Shown: positions 19,601 to 26,783 of the stretch, piece by piece | How positions within the stretch are numbered: position 1 is the first letter of the stretch | Layout: each line of letters opens with the position of its first letter | Sequence record: OR896838.1 | Length of the DNA stretch: 44,740 nucleotides | Strand: one strand, 5' to 3' | Source of the DNA: Escherichia phage McMelon | Notes under the pieces: model-generated | Database searches by the model: none | What the model saw: the letters and a program-made list of their open reading frames with translations, nothing else | Told to the model about the DNA's origin: nothing | Position numbers and translations under genes: made by a program

Positions 19601-20032
19601 AGTGCCACATACAGCCTTAAGGCTGGCGTGACGTATAACGGGACTTACTACGATGCCGGTATGCAGCTTTCCGTCGTGGCGGAAGGTGGCGCGGTTAAAT
19701 CCCGCATCGCGTTCAAGGCGGACCAGTTCTACATCATGCACCCATCTAACGGGTCGCTTTCGTCCGCGTTTATTGTAGACGGCGGGGCGGTGTACATTGA
19801 CACGGCACGCATCAAGGACGCGACTATCAACTTCGCGCAGATCACGGACACGCTTCAGTCGAATAACTACGACGGCAGCACGCGCGGATGGCGCTTAGGG
19901 AAAGACGGAACGTTTATCAACCTGGGAACCGGCAACGGCGGCGCGATGAAACAGACGAACACGCAAATCAGCGTCAGGGATGGAAACGGCGTTCTACGCG
20001 TGCAGATTGGTGAAATCACGGGTAGTTGGTAG
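16613..20032 (+). CDS. host specificity protein / central tail fibre (lambda J-like)
   Basis: 1139 aa; N-terminus (GHKGGGGKQHTPQE...) resembles lambda J N-terminus; size and synteny. Confidence 0.8.
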   Translation: MTIIYDVTGHKGGGGKQHTPQETPDSLHSLAKIRILLALGEGEFESITSASELRQRVYLDGTPIQNADLSENFPGARVEFRPGTQHQDVIHGFSAVESEQSVGVKLENGTPWVRQINDTSLDAVRIRVGIPALYTSEDNGDLVGGRIDYKIVVYTDNADPREFTFAAVGKTMSLYERDHRIELPPNVNTGWRVEVHRTTADSTSAKVVNDIQVQSITEIIDARLRYPLTALLFVEFDAKAFQNIPRVSIKCKGRKVLIPNNYDPINHTYSGDWDGTFKRAWTDNPAWHWYDICITERFGLGRRIKPQMLNRYALYQIAQRCDQMVSDGNGGREIRFKNDMYIQSQTDAWTVLKDLAAIFAGMTWWGNQMLNIVSDQPVAAVSHTITNASVIDGRFDYASGSQKTRYSTFAVAYGNPKNHYDDAIATGQRVELVRRHKINRLDITAIGCTRESEAQRRGHWALISNQLDQQVSFKVGMEGLFFIPGSVVAIADTNISGGFETRGGRLLSDPGTRTVLNTDSEITFRPGDKFMVRTDSGNVETREIASVNGNKVTLKTALDADPIPDQPFCVDGDDIQLQKFRITDLEYDDATSTFSVRGIEYNDSKYDAVDNGARLDPGIFTQVPDGVMKGPESVTITPSQISSQGQLITNVDIVFPPVKDAVVYEIQWRRTSLQNMAIQWGNDWVNIPRTASNGAHIPNVFSGNYQARVRAIGMGEISSPWVSSPITPIEGRLGGLNAPIITNAISGLHQILWKWNHNNAATDISYTELEVRKTGETEWKFLSNVPYPGAEYAQTSLEFGIYQQLRARVADKIGNLSDWSAPFEGQVSDKVDEYMKGLDNEFLTSEDGKHFQEAIDTMPQGIYEAMLTDAQQLFIARAEYQGIYAEIKVAYNVAVDANEAVAQLETLIGTRLDDAEASIHTLQTAQSTHEQAFAQYQQTVAAKFGEQEAAIQQVQTATADVAGALAEYKTQVAAQFDQQSAAIEQKMTSSFNHTGGSATYSLKAGVTYNGTYYDAGMQLSVVAEGGAVKSRIAFKADQFYIMHPSNGSLSSAFIVDGGAVYIDTARIKDATINFAQITDTLQSNNYDGSTRGWRLGKDGTFINLGTGNGGAMKQTNTQISVRDGNGVLRVQIGEITGSW

Positions 20033-20034
20033 CA

Positions 20035-20058
20035 TAGGGGCTTCGGCCCCTTTCTTTT
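20035..20058 (+). terminator. rho-independent terminator
   Basis: GGGGCTTCGGCCCC hairpin followed by TTTCTTTT. Confidence 0.7.
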
Positions 20059-20069
20059 GGAGGTAATGC

Positions 20070-20372
20070 ATGGCTTTTGGAGTAGAAACATGGGACGCGC
20101 AAGGGCGTCCGAACAACTACGGGATCAAGCCGGTGTCGGTTGCCGGAATTATCAAACTGGCTCAAGGTCAAACATGGGGGGCGTGGTCGTTCAATATTCC
20201 GTCAGGTATGAAAGTAGGTTTTGCGGTTACTCTGGACGTAGGAGGCACTACGGTCGGTCGGGCGATCCGCGCCAGCGGGAACACGATAACAGTATCTGCG
20301 GCAAACAGCGCCGGTATTGGAAACTACCCAGCGTCAGAATGTGAGGTAGTAGTTTTTGTGGAGAAAGCGTAA
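20070..20372 (+). CDS. hypothetical tail-associated protein
   Basis: 100 aa, RBS GGAGG, between J-like gene and fibre genes. Confidence 0.5.
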   Translation: MAFGVETWDAQGRPNNYGIKPVSVAGIIKLAQGQTWGAWSFNIPSGMKVGFAVTLDVGGTTVGRAIRASGNTITVSAANSAGIGNYPASECEVVVFVEKA

Positions 20373-20374
20373 AA

Positions 20375-21046
20375 ATGGCAAACTTCGGCGCGTTAATCGA
20401 TAACAACAACGGCAACCCATTCGTCACGCCAAACTCAACGCCATTCGTGCTCTATGCTAAGGTGTCGGCAAATTCAGTTGACGCAGGCGCGGCTTATAAG
20501 ACGGCTAGTGGCGCAGTGGATATCCCCGCGAACTATCCGGCGATGGTGTTTATGCGGTCAAACAACCGTTGCGTCTTGGCGGCGTCACGATCAGGTAATC
20601 GGATTATATTTAGCGGAAGCATTCAGGGTAAGAATAACCCACATTTTACCGTCACGGCGTACGTATTCGCGAGATTTCCGCAACCGCTGCCGAAATGGGG
20701 CTTTGCTATTTGGGACGCTAGCGGTACTTGCATACTAACCAACGAAAGCAAGGTTCTCACCGATCTAGTCACTGTCGGCAGCTTCGGTAGTAACGGGGGG
20801 ATCAACATAGACCAGACGCTGCCGGGTAAGTACGCGGTATCGCCTATGTTAATGGGCGCTACTCTGATCCAGATCTTTGTACAAGGGCAGCCGCAGATTA
20901 TCCAGATCTCGGCAGGGGCTGGGGCTTACGACAACGGAAGCGGCACTCGCATTAACGCCGTCGCTACGCGGGCGGGGTCTGGTAGCATCGCCGGGTATCA
21001 AAACACCGGCGTTGCGCTGACAGCAATTAACGTTGATGGGATATGA
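20375..21046 (+). CDS. hypothetical tail-associated protein
   Basis: 223 aa, Gly/Ser/Asn-rich; synteny only. Confidence 0.5.
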   Translation: MANFGALIDNNNGNPFVTPNSTPFVLYAKVSANSVDAGAAYKTASGAVDIPANYPAMVFMRSNNRCVLAASRSGNRIIFSGSIQGKNNPHFTVTAYVFARFPQPLPKWGFAIWDASGTCILTNESKVLTDLVTVGSFGSNGGINIDQTLPGKYAVSPMLMGATLIQIFVQGQPQIIQISAGAGAYDNGSGTRINAVATRAGSGSIAGYQNTGVALTAINVDGI

Positions 21047-21072
21047 ATAAGCCCCTTTCGGGGCTTATTTGC
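21047..21072. terminator. putative bidirectional terminator
   Basis: AAGCCCC-tttc-GGGGCTT hairpin between convergent genes; T-rich flank. Confidence 0.55.
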
Positions 21073-21283
21073 AGGTTGTGCTTTTGAAGTGGTCAACTGA
21101 CACATACTGGAAGTTAAACGGGTAGCCAGCCCTAAGCATTTTGTGACCGCTAAAATCTGCTACCCCAAACACGGGGACTGAGTAGTCCAAGCCGCTATTC
21201 TGGTATGTCGCGTCGCAGACTTTAGCTGGCATGTTGGCACAACCGGACAAAAGAACCGCACAAATCATAATTAAAGTTTTCAT
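21065..21283 (-). CDS. small outer-membrane lipoprotein (candidate Cor/Llp-like superinfection exclusion protein)
   Basis: 72 aa from ATG with AGGAGA RBS; signal peptide MKTLIMICAVLLSGC with lipobox; antisense to and embedded among tail fibre genes. Confidence 0.6.
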   Translation of the reverse strand: MKTLIMICAVLLSGCANMPAKVCDATYQNSGLDYSVPVFGVADFSGHKMLRAGYPFNFQYVSVDHFKSTTCK

Positions 21284-21363
21284 GGTATCATCTCCTATAT
21301 TTGGTTGAGTTTTAGTATTACACCTCTCGACCAGGATTGCAACCAATTTATGAGGATTCAGCT

Positions 21364-23187
21364 ATGGCAGCGGGTACACTATCCGTAACGAATAACAGCA
21401 AGGCGGTTGTTGGGGTCGGCACAACGTTTACCTCGTTTAACGCTGGCGACTTCTTAACGCTGGTGGTAGGACAAATCCCCTACACCGTAGCAATCGCGTC
21501 CATTGAAAGCGACACCGCTCTTACGCTGGTGCTGCCGTTCGACGGCCCATCGGCAACCGGCCTTGCGTGGGATGGCGTTACGCGCGATACCATGTCGCTG
21601 GCAACGATGGGCGTAACCGTACAGGCACAGAAAGCATTGCGCTTGATGATTGCAGATGAAAACAACTGGCGTGCAATCTTCGGCGACGCTGAAGAAGTCA
21701 CAGTAACGTTACCTAACGGGCAGGTAATGCAGGGTATGTCATGGGGCTATCTGTCGCAGTTGATGAAACAGATCGACCTAGTGGAGATGCGCAACCTGCA
21801 ACAACAAGCTGCCGCATCGGAAGCAGCCGCGCAGGGCTTCCGCGATCAGGCCGAAGGCTTCAAGACCGAGACGGCGGGCATTCGCGACGCCACCAATCAG
21901 ATTAAGGCGGATACGCAGGCGATCCACGACGCCACTAATACCATCAAGACGCAGACTGACCAGATTAAGACTGATACTCAGGCCATCAAGGACCAGACGA
22001 ACCAGATCAAGACTGACACCGGCGTTATTCGTGACGAAGCCAATATGGCGAAGGCGGACGCGCAAGCCGCCAGCACTGCCGCGGAGGGATTTCGCGACCA
22101 GGCCGAGGAATGGGCGCAAAGCGTTAACGCGGATAACCTGCTAACCAAATCCGGCAACCTCGCGGGGCTTGCGGACAAAGGTGCGTCGTGGGCTAACCTC
22201 ATGCCGTCCGGCCCGCTTCGAGTAGGCGCTGATCCCGTCGACAATCTGGACGCTGCGACTAGAGGATGGGTGTGTCGCGGTCTTGATGACGTGGGGGTGT
22301 GGGCCTTACGCAATAACTATGCTTCGGAACCCGCTGGCGGCGCAGAAGTATACGGCGGTCGCTTCGACTCATCTGCGAACGTCGCAGGGGTCGAAAAATA
22401 CAGAATGTCGCTGCAACTTCAGGGATTTAATAACGTAGACGCCTGGACACGTTTGGTTACCGCGAACGCCCCCGGCATGGTGAACGCGGCGTCGTGGGAC
22501 TTTAAGTACGATGGTAAGTTGCTTTTCAACAAAGGATTGGTTCCATCATCCACCTCGGCGTCGCCCGGTAACACCTATGTCACCCTTGCGAATACATGGA
22601 GTGACAGCCAATACTCGAACCACGTAGGTTTTGTCGGAGGGGGAACTGGGGTGTCTAATGGTGGGTGGCGTAACTTTATTTCGTTCGGGGCGCTGATCCA
22701 CCCACCAACCGGTAACTCACACCCCCACGCTATGATTGCGCAGGTCTTTGACTATGATTTGGCGTCGGGGGTACAGCCCAACGGCGATAGCATTCGAAAC
22801 ACAACATTCAACCCCGAAGCATATGATATTACCTTCGGCAACAACTCAGGGACTGTTAACTATATTTTCGCAAAGTCACCAGTATCCGATAGGGCGCTGA
22901 AGCATGATATCGCCAGGATCGATACTCAAGTTGCGTACGATAACGTTATGGCGATGGAATACTCTTCCTTTGTTTATAACTACGACAAAAAGGAGACGGT
23001 CAGACGTGGTTTTATCGCGCAGCAGTTGGAAGAGATCGACCCGCAGTATGTTCGTAAGTACGCCGACGCAACGGGTAAAGAGTTTCTGGCATTAGATGAA
23101 AACGTCCTGTTACTTGACCTTGTCGCGACTGTTCAGCATTTGGCGGCGAAGGTTGAGGCGTTAGAAAGTAAGTTAGCGGAGAAATGA
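21364..23187 (+). CDS. side tail fibre protein with C-terminal intramolecular chaperone (peptidase S74-like) domain
   Basis: RBS GAGGA; internal 11-aa repeats; C-terminal region (ALKHDIARID...AQQLEEIDPQYV...) resembles auto-cleaving chaperone domains of T5 L-shaped fibre and K1F endosialidase. Confidence 0.75.
   Translation: MAAGTLSVTNNSKAVVGVGTTFTSFNAGDFLTLVVGQIPYTVAIASIESDTALTLVLPFDGPSATGLAWDGVTRDTMSLATMGVTVQAQKALRLMIADENNWRAIFGDAEEVTVTLPNGQVMQGMSWGYLSQLMKQIDLVEMRNLQQQAAASEAAAQGFRDQAEGFKTETAGIRDATNQIKADTQAIHDATNTIKTQTDQIKTDTQAIKDQTNQIKTDTGVIRDEANMAKADAQAASTAAEGFRDQAEEWAQSVNADNLLTKSGNLAGLADKGASWANLMPSGPLRVGADPVDNLDAATRGWVCRGLDDVGVWALRNNYASEPAGGAEVYGGRFDSSANVAGVEKYRMSLQLQGFNNVDAWTRLVTANAPGMVNAASWDFKYDGKLLFNKGLVPSSTSASPGNTYVTLANTWSDSQYSNHVGFVGGGTGVSNGGWRNFISFGALIHPPTGNSHPHAMIAQVFDYDLASGVQPNGDSIRNTTFNPEAYDITFGNNSGTVNYIFAKSPVSDRALKHDIARIDTQVAYDNVMAMEYSSFVYNYDKKETVRRGFIAQQLEEIDPQYVRKYADATGKEFLALDENVLLLDLVATVQHLAAKVEALESKLAEK
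21877..22041 (+). repeat. tandem 33-bp (11-codon) repeats inside tail fibre gene
   Basis: Five consecutive units of pattern xIKxDTxxIxDxT, flanked by duplicated GFRDQAE-coding segments. Confidence 0.55.
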
Positions 23188-23191
23188 GAAT

Positions 23192-23216
23192 AAGGGGCCA
23201 TACGGCCCCTTTTTTA
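23192..23216. terminator. rho-independent terminator (bidirectional)
   Basis: AGGGGCC-atac-GGCCCCT hairpin with T-runs on both sides between convergent genes. Confidence 0.7.
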
Positions 23217-23789
23217 GTTTGAGTTTTCCCAGTCCATTTTGCGCCGCACCAGCGGGCTTTCGTAATACTCCTTTCCTTCCACTTCCACCAAAGGCCAGTC
23301 GTTCACAATCACGTACGGCTCCGCGATATCCTCAATCACGCCGTGCGCGCTTTGTGGCCCTAACGACACACCCACCAGGATAACACCGGCAACGCGACGT
23401 GACAGATACTCGCGAGCGCAACGCGCCTCCACCAGTCCGCGACGGATGCCGCTGGTGGCTTTAACCTCGTAAGTCCAAACGGCATCGATCACATGCTCGC
23501 GGAAGTCGGGGCCGGATTTAACCTTGCGCTTACCGACCATAATAATATCGCCGCGGTCAATGGTGTTGGCGCTAAACAGGCCGGTACGCATTAGCAAACC
23601 TTGCGGGATACAGCTACGCCCGCCCGCCTGCCCTTCGAGGTACATGCCTGCAAACATTTCGCCCAGCACACCGACGAGTCTGCTTTGCTTGCACGCGTCG
23701 GACTTATAACGCCACTGGTCAAACTCTATGCTTGCGATCATTGCCGCCAGGTGGAATTGTTTACCTGTTATTTCATATTCGCCGTACAT
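23214..23789 (-). CDS. hypothetical protein (possible PD-(D/E)XK-like fold)
   Basis: 191 aa, last gene of leftward operon; GDIIMVGK ... YEVK spacing resembles a restriction-endonuclease-like motif (weak). Confidence 0.5.
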   Translation of the reverse strand: MYGEYEITGKQFHLAAMIASIEFDQWRYKSDACKQSRLVGVLGEMFAGMYLEGQAGGRSCIPQGLLMRTGLFSANTIDRGDIIMVGKRKVKSGPDFREHVIDAVWTYEVKATSGIRRGLVEARCAREYLSRRVAGVILVGVSLGPQSAHGVIEDIAEPYVIVNDWPLVEVEGKEYYESPLVRRKMDWENSN

Positions 23790-23831
23790 TGTGTGGCCCT
23801 CATTGATGCGGGCCGAAGCCCGCGATTAGAA

Positions 23832-24386
23832 TTATTTAAGTGCGCCAGTCACCAGTGTTTTTTCCATGTTACGGAAATCTTCCTGCGTCATGCAGATTTT
23901 CGATCCGTCTTCGCCGGCGAGCACGACCATAGGCTGGACGTCTTGCGCTACAACCCCAAAATCGTGGGCCTTCACCGTCTTGCCGAACGAGGCCACCGTA
24001 TCTTCTGCAACGCGAATTGCGTCGTTATACGCATTAATCTCACCGTCAAGACGTACGGACAGCCCTTTGAGGCTGCCGTATTGCGCTGCCGTTGTATCGA
24101 TCTGAATCTCGTCATGCCCGGTAATGTAAGACTCACCCAGCAGTGCGGCATATGCTACCAGGTCCACGATGTTATCTTCCTGGTGCTTACGGTGCTGGCG
24201 CACCAGCTTCAGGCAGATCAGGAAGGTCCAGGCTTCTTGCTCGGTAAGGTTGCGCCCGGTAAGCGCGTTAAACACGGCGGCGACCTGTTTAGCGCTGCGT
24301 TCGTCTTTCGCGTTGTCATAGCCGTTTTCTTTCCCGCGCTGTTCCATAGTGGTGGCGGCGTTTTTGCAGTATTCGTATGCTTTCAT
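23832..24386 (-). CDS. hypothetical protein
   Basis: 184 aa, strong RBS AAAGGAGA; no confident domain assignment. Confidence 0.55.
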   Translation of the reverse strand: MKAYEYCKNAATTMEQRGKENGYDNAKDERSAKQVAAVFNALTGRNLTEQEAWTFLICLKLVRQHRKHQEDNIVDLVAYAALLGESYITGHDEIQIDTTAAQYGSLKGLSVRLDGEINAYNDAIRVAEDTVASFGKTVKAHDFGVVAQDVQPMVVLAGEDGSKICMTQEDFRNMEKTLVTGALK

Positions 24387-24402
24387 GGTTTGTCTCCTTT
24401 TA

Positions 24403-24423
24403 GGGGAGGCAGTATTGCCTCCC
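24403..24423 (-). promoter_or_regulatory. conserved intergenic stem-loop element (copy 2)
   Basis: GGGAGGCAGTATTGCCTCCC with flanking CGATGTGGTT; near-identical copy at 24729..24748; lies immediately upstream of RBS of 23832..24386. Confidence 0.45.
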
Positions 24424-24437
24424 GATGTGGTTGTGTG

Positions 24438-24707
24438 TTATTTCTTGGCCCACTCCAGAGTTTTACACTCGTAGTCTTCTTCGGCCTGGCTGAGCACACA
24501 CGTCATCATGTGCTCCGCATTGTCAAATCCGCTGGATTTAGCGTATTTATCTGCTCCTCCAACCTCTGCAATCTCGGCGTTTAGCGCCTCTACAGAATGC
24601 AGTTCGATATTATTAAGATAAGGGCTTGAAACGCCTTCTTTGTCTTCAATCATTGACCAGAATGCGTTGATTTTGTTGTCCAGGTCCGCACTAATGAATT
24701 GTTTCAT
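24438..24707 (-). CDS. hypothetical protein
   Basis: 89 aa from internal ATG with RBS AGGTGA; acidic. Confidence 0.45.
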   Translation of the reverse strand: MKQFISADLDNKINAFWSMIEDKEGVSSPYLNNIELHSVEALNAEIAEVGGADKYAKSSGFDNAEHMMTCVLSQAEEDYECKTLEWAKK

Positions 24708-24728
24708 AATATTCACCTTTTTGTTGCG

Positions 24729-24748
24729 GGAGGCGGTATTGCCTCCCG
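24729..24748 (-). promoter_or_regulatory. conserved intergenic stem-loop element (copy 1)
   Basis: GGGAGGCGGTATTGCCTCCC; directly downstream of the predicted start site of the 24757..24785 promoter. Confidence 0.45.
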
Positions 24749-24756
24749 ATGTGGTT

Positions 24757-24785
24757 AATATAGTTGGTTGCATTATTGGTTGCAA
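24757..24785 (-). promoter_or_regulatory. sigma70-like promoter (TTGCAA-17-TATATT)
   Basis: Minus-strand TTGCAA, 17-nt spacer containing AATGCAACCAA, then TATATT; same family as 5247, 26426 and 39364. Confidence 0.45.
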
Positions 24786-25243
24786 GTGAATTTTGCAAGA
24801 TTCACAGAATAAATATGCGGGACCAGTTCTTCACACGCCCGTTTGATGGCGGCGATGTTCTTCGCGCAGTCGTCAATGATGACCAGTTCGTTAACTTCTG
24901 CATAGCACACCAGGCCAAATACGGAACGGGCCTTGTACTCTGGAGGCGGCGTGTCATCAAGCATATGGCGTAAGAACAGACGACCTTTCGGGAATCTATC
25001 CAATTGCTCTTTCGTTGACTCCCAGCAATCTGACTGGCGGTTTGACAGGTACGCAATGTCGAAGCCCTGTTTAGCGTACATGCGCAATAACGGCAGCATG
25101 TCATAATTAATGTCTTCGCGGACGTGGGCCTTATGCCACTTCGCCCAAAACGTTGATTTAGTCTTGATCCCCGGAACTAGGTCGTCGCGCACACTGCTTG
25201 ACCCGTTGATAACGCCATCTAAATCGCAAATCAGTAGTTTCAT
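24773..25243 (-). CDS. HAD-superfamily phosphatase (nucleotidase / PNK 3'-phosphatase-like)
   Basis: 156 aa; N-terminal ICDLDGV matches HAD motif I (DxDG[TV]); later IIDD acidic motif. Confidence 0.6.
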   Translation of the reverse strand: MKLLICDLDGVINGSSSVRDDLVPGIKTKSTFWAKWHKAHVREDINYDMLPLLRMYAKQGFDIAYLSNRQSDCWESTKEQLDRFPKGRLFLRHMLDDTPPPEYKARSVFGLVCYAEVNELVIIDDCAKNIAAIKRACEELVPHIYSVNLAKFTCNQ

Positions 25244-25461
25244 TTTAATTCCGCCATTAAATTTTCACGTACAATACGGGCCGAGAATGCGTCGCACACA
25301 AGATGGCAACGCGCCGTCATGACAAGCCAGCCAGTTAGGTCAAGGCCCAGCAATTGATGAGGTTGGCTTGCGCGCCTTACTTTATTTCCAGGGAAAACCT
25401 GGTAGCGTTTAATTATTTCATCCACGACGCGAGGACTTCGGTCGACGACTAAGATATTCAT
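25240..25461 (-). CDS. hypothetical protein
   Basis: 73 aa; stop overlaps downstream start; overlaps 3' end of methyltransferase gene so start uncertain. Confidence 0.3.
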   Translation of the reverse strand: MNILVVDRSPRVVDEIIKRYQVFPGNKVRRASQPHQLLGLDLTGWLVMTARCHLVCDAFSARIVRENLMAELK

Positions 25462-25954
25462 TTAATTCACCTTCGCTCATTATTTCGATTTGTGCGCTGC
25501 CGTTTGGCGGCACTTCGTCAAAGATTATCAACTGCTGGCACTTGTTATTGCTCGGCCCGACTTCACCGGTTACAGCGTGTATAAATCGGATACGCCAGTC
25601 CAGAAGAATTATCAGGTTTGCAGTCTTCCGGGCCAACCGCGCCCACTTCGTCGACGTGTCCTGATTCAGCAGCATGACAGTCCGGCGTCCGTGCGCTGCA
25701 CACTCGACCCACGGCAGCGGATCGGAATACGGCGGGTTGCACCACTTCCACCCTTTCAACTCTGACCAGTCCACATCGAGCGCGCTGTGCTCTGCCGTGA
25801 AGTAACGCGGTAGCAGGTGGTTGGCGTCGCTTGCCGCCATATCGTAACGGAATCGGTATTTCCGTCGAAGCGGTTTAAATAAAGCTGGCGGCGTGCGCCA
25901 GCTATCTTTTTGCTCACTCTCCGTCATTCTGCGGGTCCAGTGCGTATAGGGCAA
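25418..25954 (-). CDS. DNA N6-adenine methyltransferase (phage Dam-like)
   Basis: 178 aa; WRTPP near N-terminus, DMAAS and catalytic NPPY motifs; alternative start at 25927. Confidence 0.75.
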   Translation of the reverse strand: MPYTHWTRRMTESEQKDSWRTPPALFKPLRRKYRFRYDMAASDANHLLPRYFTAEHSALDVDWSELKGWKWCNPPYSDPLPWVECAAHGRRTVMLLNQDTSTKWARLARKTANLIILLDWRIRFIHAVTGEVGPSNNKCQQLIIFDEVPPNGSAQIEIMSEGELNEYLSRRPKSSRRG

Positions 25955-26378
25955 TTTTCTCTTTACTGTTTAGCACACGCCGGACTCGGGCCGTATCCGC
26001 CGGACCAAGAGGTCGGCAATCGGAATAGTAGCTGCCGTTTGTGGGATTGCGCCACGCCACAAGCACCAGGTCTTTACGGTCGATCTTAGACTGGCGGCCC
26101 TTCGGACGCACGTACTCCTCGGCGCGTTTACAATGTTCACGCAGACCTTCGGCAGTGATGCGGTTTAGTGCCACGCTGGTGGTGTATCCGGTGCGCTGCA
26201 TAATACCCATCAACTCGAAAAGCAGTTCGAAGCGTTCCTCTAACTCCTGGCGCACTTTCTTCTCTCCTTCATATAGCGCCTTGTTGGTGTCCGCCACCGC
26301 GTTCGCCCGTTCGGCCTGTTCACGGGCTTCTAGGCATTGCGCGGCCCAGTATGCCTTTTCTTCTTGTAAAATTCTCAT
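25914..26378 (-). CDS. hypothetical protein
   Basis: 154 aa, RBS GGAGA, helical N-terminal half. Confidence 0.5.
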   Translation of the reverse strand: MRILQEEKAYWAAQCLEAREQAERANAVADTNKALYEGEKKVRQELEERFELLFELMGIMQRTGYTTSVALNRITAEGLREHCKRAEEYVRPKGRQSKIDRKDLVLVAWRNPTNGSYYSDCRPLGPADTARVRRVLNSKEKIALYALDPQNDGE

Positions 26379-26402
26379 CGTGTTGTCTCCAAGTATTAAA
26401 AA

Positions 26403-26423
26403 GGGTGTCCAAACCGGACACCC
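26403..26423 (-). terminator. hairpin with downstream U-run (terminator/attenuator overlapping promoter start site)
   Basis: GGGTGTCC-ggtttg-GACACCC followed on the minus strand by TTTTAATA; sits at the predicted +1 of the 26426..26454 promoter. Confidence 0.4.
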
Positions 26424-26425
26424 TC

Positions 26426-26454
26426 AATATAATGCAACCAATATGATTATGCAA
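26426..26454 (-). promoter_or_regulatory. sigma70-like promoter (TTGCAT-17-TATATT)
   Basis: Minus-strand TTGCAT, 17-nt spacer containing ATTGGTTGCAT, TATATT. Confidence 0.45.
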
Positions 26455-26459
26455 CCAAT

Positions 26460-26783
26460 TTACGAATAAAAATTTGGGTCGCGTGCAACGTCTACTAGAT
26501 ACAGGTTACTCATGCGATTGCCGTAGTGCCCCGGTGTGCGCTGGCGGCACACAACGGCGAAGCCTGGCGGAATTGTATTGCCCGTCTCGATAATCCACGC
26601 CACGCGTGCGCCAGACAGCGTCTTGCCGTTGTATTCGATGCGCGTGCCACCATCGGCAGTGTTAAGGTTGCCAATCTTACAGCCTGTGGACTTCAGGCGA
26701 ATGACACCGGTCTTGCTGTCGTAGGAAAAAAGCTGATTGGTCATTGCCACTGAAAAGTCGATTGCGTCGAATGCAGTATTCAT
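26460..26783 (-). CDS. hypothetical protein, HNH_3/NUMOD-like (possibly degenerate homing-endonuclease-like)
   Basis: 107 aa; pattern GxxxEYNGK...ARVAWIIETGNTIPPGFAV...NLYLV resembles HNH_3-type proteins, but no His-Asn-His catalytic triad was recognised by eye. Confidence 0.4.
   Translation of the reverse strand: MNTAFDAIDFSVAMTNQLFSYDSKTGVIRLKSTGCKIGNLNTADGGTRIEYNGKTLSGARVAWIIETGNTIPPGFAVVCRQRTPGHYGNRMSNLYLVDVARDPNFYS

Noticed and set aside
23601-24584. 327-aa plus-strand ORF antisense to minus-strand genes at 23214..24707
   Set aside because: Runs antisense across three minus-strand genes and their intergenic hairpins; His/Cys/Arg-rich.
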